A stretch of 64,000 nucleotides of DNA, from the NCBI GenBank assembly GCA_030705825.1, contig JAUZPR010000003.1:5341-69340 (forward strand), read 5' to 3'. This DNA comes from Bacillota bacterium (GTDB lineage Bacteria; Bacillota; Clostridia; Acetivibrionales; JANLFN01). Under the pieces are notes generated by a model, which was given only the letters and a program-made list of their open reading frames with translations, did not search any database and was not told the DNA's origin. This document shows positions 59,082 to 64,000 of this stretch, piece after piece (positions within the stretch are counted from its first letter, which is position 1; every line of letters starts with the position of its first letter). The translations under genes were made by a program, and so were the position numbers.

Positions 59082-59807
59082 ATGCCAAACGAATTTGAAT
59101 TCAAGCAGACTCTTGCAGAAGGAGCCAGGACATACGGTTTAGATCTTGATGACAGCAGAATAGATCAGCTTAAAAAGTATATGGAGCTTCTCAAGGACTG
59201 GAATACAAGAATGAACCTGACTGCAATTGAGGAAGATAGCGATATCGTTATAAAACATTTTATAGATTCATTTACTATACTTCCGTATCTTGAAAACAAA
59301 GGCATAAAAATGATAGATGTTGGTACCGGAGCCGGCTTTCCCGGCATCCCGGTTAAGATTGCCTACGAAAAAATAGAGGTAACCCTGCTGGATTCCCTTG
59401 AAAAGCGGATTAAATTTATGAACGAAGTAGTTAGTACTCTTGGTCTTAAAGGAATTAAAACAGTCCATGGCAGAGCAGAGGATTTCGGTGTCAATTCAGA
59501 ATACAGGGAGAAATTCGATATTGCTGTGGCAAGAGCTGTTGCAAACCTGCCTGTTTTACTGGAATACTGTCTTCCTTTTGTTAAGACCGGAGGACGGTTC
59601 ATAGCTATGAAGGGCAACAACATTGAAGAGACAGAAGCATCTGAAAAGGCTTTAAATGTGCTTGGAGGGGAAATTGAGGAAATAGGGGAGACTATACTGC
59701 CATTCGGAGATATGAAAAGGAATATAATTATCATAAGAAAATTACGACAAACCCCGACAAAATATCCAAGAAAAGCAGGGAAACCGTCAAAAGAACCGTT
59801 GATATAA
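59082..59807 (+). CDS. rsmG: 16S rRNA (guanine527-N7)-methyltransferase RsmG
   Basis: SAM motif DVGTGAGFPGIP. Canonical position after mnmG. Confidence 0.92.
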   Translation: MPNEFEFKQTLAEGARTYGLDLDDSRIDQLKKYMELLKDWNTRMNLTAIEEDSDIVIKHFIDSFTILPYLENKGIKMIDVGTGAGFPGIPVKIAYEKIEVTLLDSLEKRIKFMNEVVSTLGLKGIKTVHGRAEDFGVNSEYREKFDIAVARAVANLPVLLEYCLPFVKTGGRFIAMKGNNIEETEASEKALNVLGGEIEEIGETILPFGDMKRNIIIIRKLRQTPTKYPRKAGKPSKEPLI

Positions 59808-59985
59808 TGCTTGAAATGTAGTAATATCAGGTATTTCCCCGAAAGATTCTTGATTTGAAATAGAGGATTGAAAAAGATTCCGGCGAATATAATTTACCTG
59901 TAATAATGCGGATAGGTATCTTACTATTATATTACTTTACCTTCCGACTTATGAATAATTTTTTGCTGTCAAAGGATGGTGCCGG

Positions 59986-60828
59986 ATGTTAGAGAACAAA
60001 TTGCAGTTTCAGAAGACGGATAAGAAAGAAGAATTAAAAAACATTTCTTACATTAGCATTGATCATATCAGACCTAACCCGTATCAACCCAGAAAGCAAT
60101 TCAATAAGGCTTCTCTGGAGGAATTGTGTGAATCTATCAAGCAGTATGGTGTTCTGCAGCCTATAAATGTCAGGAAAATATCCAACAATACCTATGAACT
60201 TGTAGCAGGTGAAAGAAGGCTCAGGTCAGCAGAAATGGCCGGCTTAAAAGAAATACCCGCCATAATAATCAATGTCAATGATAACGATTCGGCAGTAATG
60301 GCGTTAATAGAGAATTTACAAAGGGAAGATTTAAGTTTTATGGAGGAGGCCGAAGGCTATAACAACCTTCTGATAGAGCATGGGCTGACCCAGGAGGAGC
60401 TGGCGCAAAAAATAGGTAAAAGCCAGTCAACAATAGCAAATAAAATAAGGCTGTTGAAACTGGCACCACTTGTTAAGAAAATCATAGCAGACAACAACCT
60501 TACAGAGAGGCATGCAAGGGCATTGCTAAAGCTGCATGATGAGCAGCTCCAGCTAAAAGTTCTTAAACGAGTATGTGAAAGAGGCTTTAATGTTAAAAAG
60601 ACCGAAGAACTGGTAGAAAGAGCAATAGAAAAATACACCAGGGAAGCAAAAGAAGGCAGTGAAAGAAAACTCACAAGAGCTGTAAAGGATATAAGGATTT
60701 TTGTTAATACAATAAGACAGGCAATCGATATGATGAAAAAGGCAGGAGTCAATGCAAAAGCAGCACAAATAGACAGAGGAGATTATGTGGAATTTATAGT
60801 CAGGATTCCGAAAAAAAGCAATGCATAG
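59986..60828 (+). CDS. noc: ParB-like nucleoid occlusion protein Noc
   Basis: ParB box GERRLRSAEMAGL. 280 aa. Position directly after rsmG, as for Bacillus noc. Confidence 0.8.
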   Translation: MLENKLQFQKTDKKEELKNISYISIDHIRPNPYQPRKQFNKASLEELCESIKQYGVLQPINVRKISNNTYELVAGERRLRSAEMAGLKEIPAIIINVNDNDSAVMALIENLQREDLSFMEEAEGYNNLLIEHGLTQEELAQKIGKSQSTIANKIRLLKLAPLVKKIIADNNLTERHARALLKLHDEQLQLKVLKRVCERGFNVKKTEELVERAIEKYTREAKEGSERKLTRAVKDIRIFVNTIRQAIDMMKKAGVNAKAAQIDRGDYVEFIVRIPKKSNA

Positions 60829-60854
60829 ATAATAAATAAAGGTTGTGGTACTAG

Positions 60855-60881
60855 ACAGAGTCATACTGACTCTGTTTTTTT
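60855..60881 (+). terminator. rho-independent terminator after noc
   Basis: ACAGAGTC (60855-60862) pairs with GACTCTGT (60868-60875), followed by TTTTTT. Confidence 0.8.
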
Positions 60882-61086
60882 ATCTAATTAACCCTATAAG
60901 GTAAGTTTTATATACCTGTTATTTTGGGAAAACTTAATTGTAGATTACTTCTACTTATATAAAAAAGTGGACACCCATTTAAAAGTTTATTAAAATATAC
61001 TATAGATGTAAATGTTTATACTATTACATTTAAATTAGTTTCTTTATATATAATCAATAAGAAGCTTAGAAAAGAGGTAGCACCTG

Positions 61087-63600
61087 ATGGCAGATACCAG
61101 TGACGTAAAAGAACAAAGGATAATACCCGTAGACATTGAAACCGAAATGAAAAAATCTTTTATAGATTATGCTATGAGCGTTATCATTGACCGTGCACTG
61201 CCTGATGTAAGGGACGGTTTAAAGCCTGTTCACAGAAGAATATTATATGCAATGTACAGTCTTGGTTTCACGCCTGACAAAGCGTATAGAAAATGTGCCA
61301 CAACAGTAGGAGAGGTTTTGGGTAAATTCCACCCGCACGGTGATGCGGCTGTTTATGAAAGCCTTGTCCGTATGGCACAGGATTTTTCATTGAGACACAT
61401 GCTTATTGACGGACATGGAAACTTCGGTTCGGTAGACGGTGACCCACCGGCGGCGATGAGGTATACTGAAGCAAAACTGGCCAAAATTGCTATGGAAATG
61501 CTGAGTGATATCAATAAGGATACAGTTGATTTCAAGCCCAATTTTGATGATCACGAAATGGAACCGGTCGTACTCCCGTCCAGATTCCCGAATCTGCTTG
61601 TTAACGGATCTTCTGGTATAGCTGTCGGTATGGCTACAAATATACCTCCGCATAATATGGGAGAAGTAATTGACGGTATATTCAAGGTTATTGATAACCC
61701 AGAGATAACTATAGATGAACTGAACAAGATAATAAAAGGGCCTGATTTCCCTACAGCTGGAATTATAGTCGGCAAATCGGGAATCAGAGAAGCATACAGG
61801 ACCGGTAAAGGCAGAGTTGTAATAAGGGCTAAAGCTGAAATAGAAAGCACAAATTCAAACAGGCAGCGTATAGTTGTTACGGAACTTCCATACCAGGTCA
61901 ATAAGGCAAGACTTATAGAAAAGATAGCAAGCCTTGTAAAAGAAAAAAGACTGGAAGGCATTTCGGATCTGAGAGATGAATCTGACAGAGACGGAATGAG
62001 GATGGTAATTGAGCTCAAGAGGGATGCAAACGCCAATGTAGTTCTTAACCAGTTGTATAAAAACACTCAATTGCAGGAAGCCTTCAGCGTAAACATGCTT
62101 GCAATAGTTCAAACCGAAGATAAGAAGTATGAACCGAAGGTTATTAATTTAAGGCAGGCAATAGATTATTATATAGCCCATCAGGAAGATGTTATAAAAA
62201 GAAGGACCAAATTTGAGCTTGATAAGGCCGAAGCCAGGGCTCACATTTTGGAAGGCTTGAAAATAGCAATTGATCATCTTGATGAAGTTATAAGCATTAT
62301 CAGATCTTCCAAAACAGAACCAATTGCAAAGGAAGCTCTTTGTACAAGATTCGGATTCAGTGAAAAACAGTCACAGGCCATAGTCGATATGAGGCTGGGA
62401 AGACTTACCGGTCTGGAACGCGAAAAGCTGGAAGCCGAATATAGAGACCTTCTTGAAAAGATTAAATACTACAGGGAAGTTTTGGCGGATGAAAAACTTG
62501 TGCTTAAAATCATAAAGGATGAGCTCCTTGAGATTAAACTCAAGTTTGCAGATGACAGAAGAACTTTAATAACTGTTGATGAGGATGAAATCGACATAGA
62601 AGATCTTATTCAGGAGGAAAAGTGCGTTATAACATTAACCCATTTCGGTTATGTAAAGAGACTTCCTGCAGATACTTACAGGAGTCAGAGGCGCGGCGGA
62701 AAAGGGATTTTGGGATTGAGTACAAGGGAAGAGGATTTTGTTGAAAATCTGTTTGTAACCTCAACCCATGATTTTATGCTGTTCTTCACCAACAAGGGTA
62801 GGGTTTACAGGCTTAAAGCCTACGAAATACCCGAATCGGGCAGGCAAGCCAAGGGTACGGCTATAGTCAACCTGCTGCAGCTGGCAGGTGACGAAAAAAT
62901 ATCTGCCGTAATACCTGTTTCCGAATACAAGGAAGGAATGTATCTTACAATGGCTACTAAAAAAGGCATTGTCAAGAAAACAGACCTTATGGATTACGAT
63001 AACATAAGAAAAGGTGGCCTGACTGCCGTAGCTTTAAGAGAAAATGATGAACTGATAGATGTCCGGTTGTCAGATGGTTCAAGAGATTTGATACTTGTAA
63101 CTAAAAACGGAATGTCAATAAGGTTCAAGGAAACGGATGTACGCCCATTGGGAAGAGTTTCCCAGGGTGTTATGGGAATTAGGCTGGATGACGATGACAG
63201 CGTTGTTGGAATGGCAACCTTCAAGGACGGAAATCCCACAATGCTGGTAGTAACCGAAAACGGTTTCGGAAAGAGAACCGAACTGGATGAATACAAGGTC
63301 CAGACCCGAGGGGGTAAGGGAATTCTTACCTACAAGGTTACAGAAAAGACCGGTCAAATTGCCGGAGTAAGGCTTGTCGACGAAACCGATGATGTTATGC
63401 TTATCAGTTCCGACGGAACTATTATTAGAATAGGTGTAAGTGAAATAAGCATTCTGGGCAGAGCCACCCAGGGGGTTACACTTATGAGAACCAGCGGGGG
63501 TAATATTGTTGTAGGAATTGCAAGACTGTTACATGAGGATGATGAAACCCAGACTGAAGATGAACAGTCTGATGAAGAGCCTACTCAGAATGGCGAGTAA
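61087..63600 (+). CDS. gyrA: DNA gyrase subunit A
   Basis: 837 aa with the active-site region AAMRYTE, QRDR-type HPHGD, C-terminal beta-pinwheel repeats and an acidic tail. Confidence 0.97.
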   Translation: MADTSDVKEQRIIPVDIETEMKKSFIDYAMSVIIDRALPDVRDGLKPVHRRILYAMYSLGFTPDKAYRKCATTVGEVLGKFHPHGDAAVYESLVRMAQDFSLRHMLIDGHGNFGSVDGDPPAAMRYTEAKLAKIAMEMLSDINKDTVDFKPNFDDHEMEPVVLPSRFPNLLVNGSSGIAVGMATNIPPHNMGEVIDGIFKVIDNPEITIDELNKIIKGPDFPTAGIIVGKSGIREAYRTGKGRVVIRAKAEIESTNSNRQRIVVTELPYQVNKARLIEKIASLVKEKRLEGISDLRDESDRDGMRMVIELKRDANANVVLNQLYKNTQLQEAFSVNMLAIVQTEDKKYEPKVINLRQAIDYYIAHQEDVIKRRTKFELDKAEARAHILEGLKIAIDHLDEVISIIRSSKTEPIAKEALCTRFGFSEKQSQAIVDMRLGRLTGLEREKLEAEYRDLLEKIKYYREVLADEKLVLKIIKDELLEIKLKFADDRRTLITVDEDEIDIEDLIQEEKCVITLTHFGYVKRLPADTYRSQRRGGKGILGLSTREEDFVENLFVTSTHDFMLFFTNKGRVYRLKAYEIPESGRQAKGTAIVNLLQLAGDEKISAVIPVSEYKEGMYLTMATKKGIVKKTDLMDYDNIRKGGLTAVALRENDELIDVRLSDGSRDLILVTKNGMSIRFKETDVRPLGRVSQGVMGIRLDDDDSVVGMATFKDGNPTMLVVTENGFGKRTELDEYKVQTRGGKGILTYKVTEKTGQIAGVRLVDETDDVMLISSDGTIIRIGVSEISILGRATQGVTLMRTSGGNIVVGIARLLHEDDETQTEDEQSDEEPTQNGE

Positions 63601-63683
63601 CATGCAAAGATATTTTATTAAAATTTCTTCCTATATAGATATAACCACATAGATATAGGTTTGACTACATTTATGATTAAATC

Positions 63684-63722
63684 AAATCCACTATGACTGA
63701 TATCAGCATAGTGGATTTTGTT
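63684..63722 (+). terminator. rho-independent terminator after gyrA
   Basis: AAATCCACTATG (63684-63695) pairs with CATAGTGGATTT (63707-63718), followed by TGTTT. Confidence 0.75.
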
Positions 63723-64000
63723 TATATGCAGATAAGGCTCTACAGCGATATTGAAAGGGATAATTTTATTCAAATAATACGTGTTAAATAAAAATTCGTG
63801 TTGGTTCTTAAGCATAATTGAATATATGGGATTATAAATGAGAATAAAATAGATATTCATGTATATTTTTATCATATTATAGTAAATGATATATATGGTG
63901 AGTTGATAGTAATATCGCTTCAGTGATATAGTAATTAAGCTGTCACACGGCAAACAAAACAAATACGGACATCAAGGTTTCAGCAAAAATTGGTAGTAAA

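Noticed and set aside
61551-62066. 171-aa minus-strand ORF
   Set aside because: It is antisense within gyrA. Shadow ORF.
63618-63962. 114-aa minus-strand ORF downstream of gyrA
   Set aside because: It has an extremely AT-rich Tyr/Ile/Asn/Lys composition and no RBS, and it overlaps the gyrA terminator. It is more likely non-coding promoter-rich DNA, possibly leading into an rRNA operon beyond the window. I cannot confirm that.

Overview
This window is the replication-origin region of a low-GC, spore-forming Clostridia-type (Bacillota) chromosome. No similarity searches were run. All calls rest on reading the ORF translations, motifs and the DNA by eye.

Core content, 41-64 kb:
- Minus strand: serS, DUF4446, parB, parA, gyrB, remB, recF, yaaA, dnaN, dnaA.
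- Plus strand: rpmH, rnpA, yidD, yidC, jag, mnmE, mnmG, rsmG, noc, gyrA.
- DnaA-box clusters lie on both sides of dnaA. A candidate DnaA-trio/AT-rich unwinding module sits next to dnaN.
- Two perfect parS sites bracket parAB.
- gyrB and gyrA lie on opposite sides of oriC, and parAB is separated from noc. One origin-centred symmetric inversion would explain both.

Content of 0-35 kb (almost all plus strand, so head-on to a fork leaving oriC):
- A sporulation/housekeeping block: cotS-like, yabG, veg, a DUF3794+LysM SipL-like gene, ispE, sleB-ypeB.
- gltBD and pssA.
- Several poorly characterised clusters, which I rank as the best candidates for something new:
  1. A dead-D1/live-D2 tandem AAA+ ATPase directly upstream of a PspA/IM30 (ESCRT-III superfamily) gene.
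  2. A three-gene module: a 2-TM coiled-coil protein, a DUF342/FapA-like protein, and a triple-GAF protein with a degenerate GGDEF-like tail. It is translationally coupled to acpS.
  3. A YhaO/YhaN (SbcD/Rad50-like) pair whose ATPase carries a two-helix membrane hairpin where a zinc hook or hinge is expected.

Smaller observations:
- An SleB/CwlJ-type gene that can only start at ATT.
- A GC-rich nested-palindrome repeat family.
- Heptamer/nonamer micro-arrays abutting stop codons.
- A long promoter-plus-hairpin leader with a recurring AAATTGCAA motif upstream of gltB.
- A MocR-aminotransferase-GNAT cassette between serS and two tRNA-Ser genes.

I saw no CRISPR array, transposase, integrase or prophage genes.
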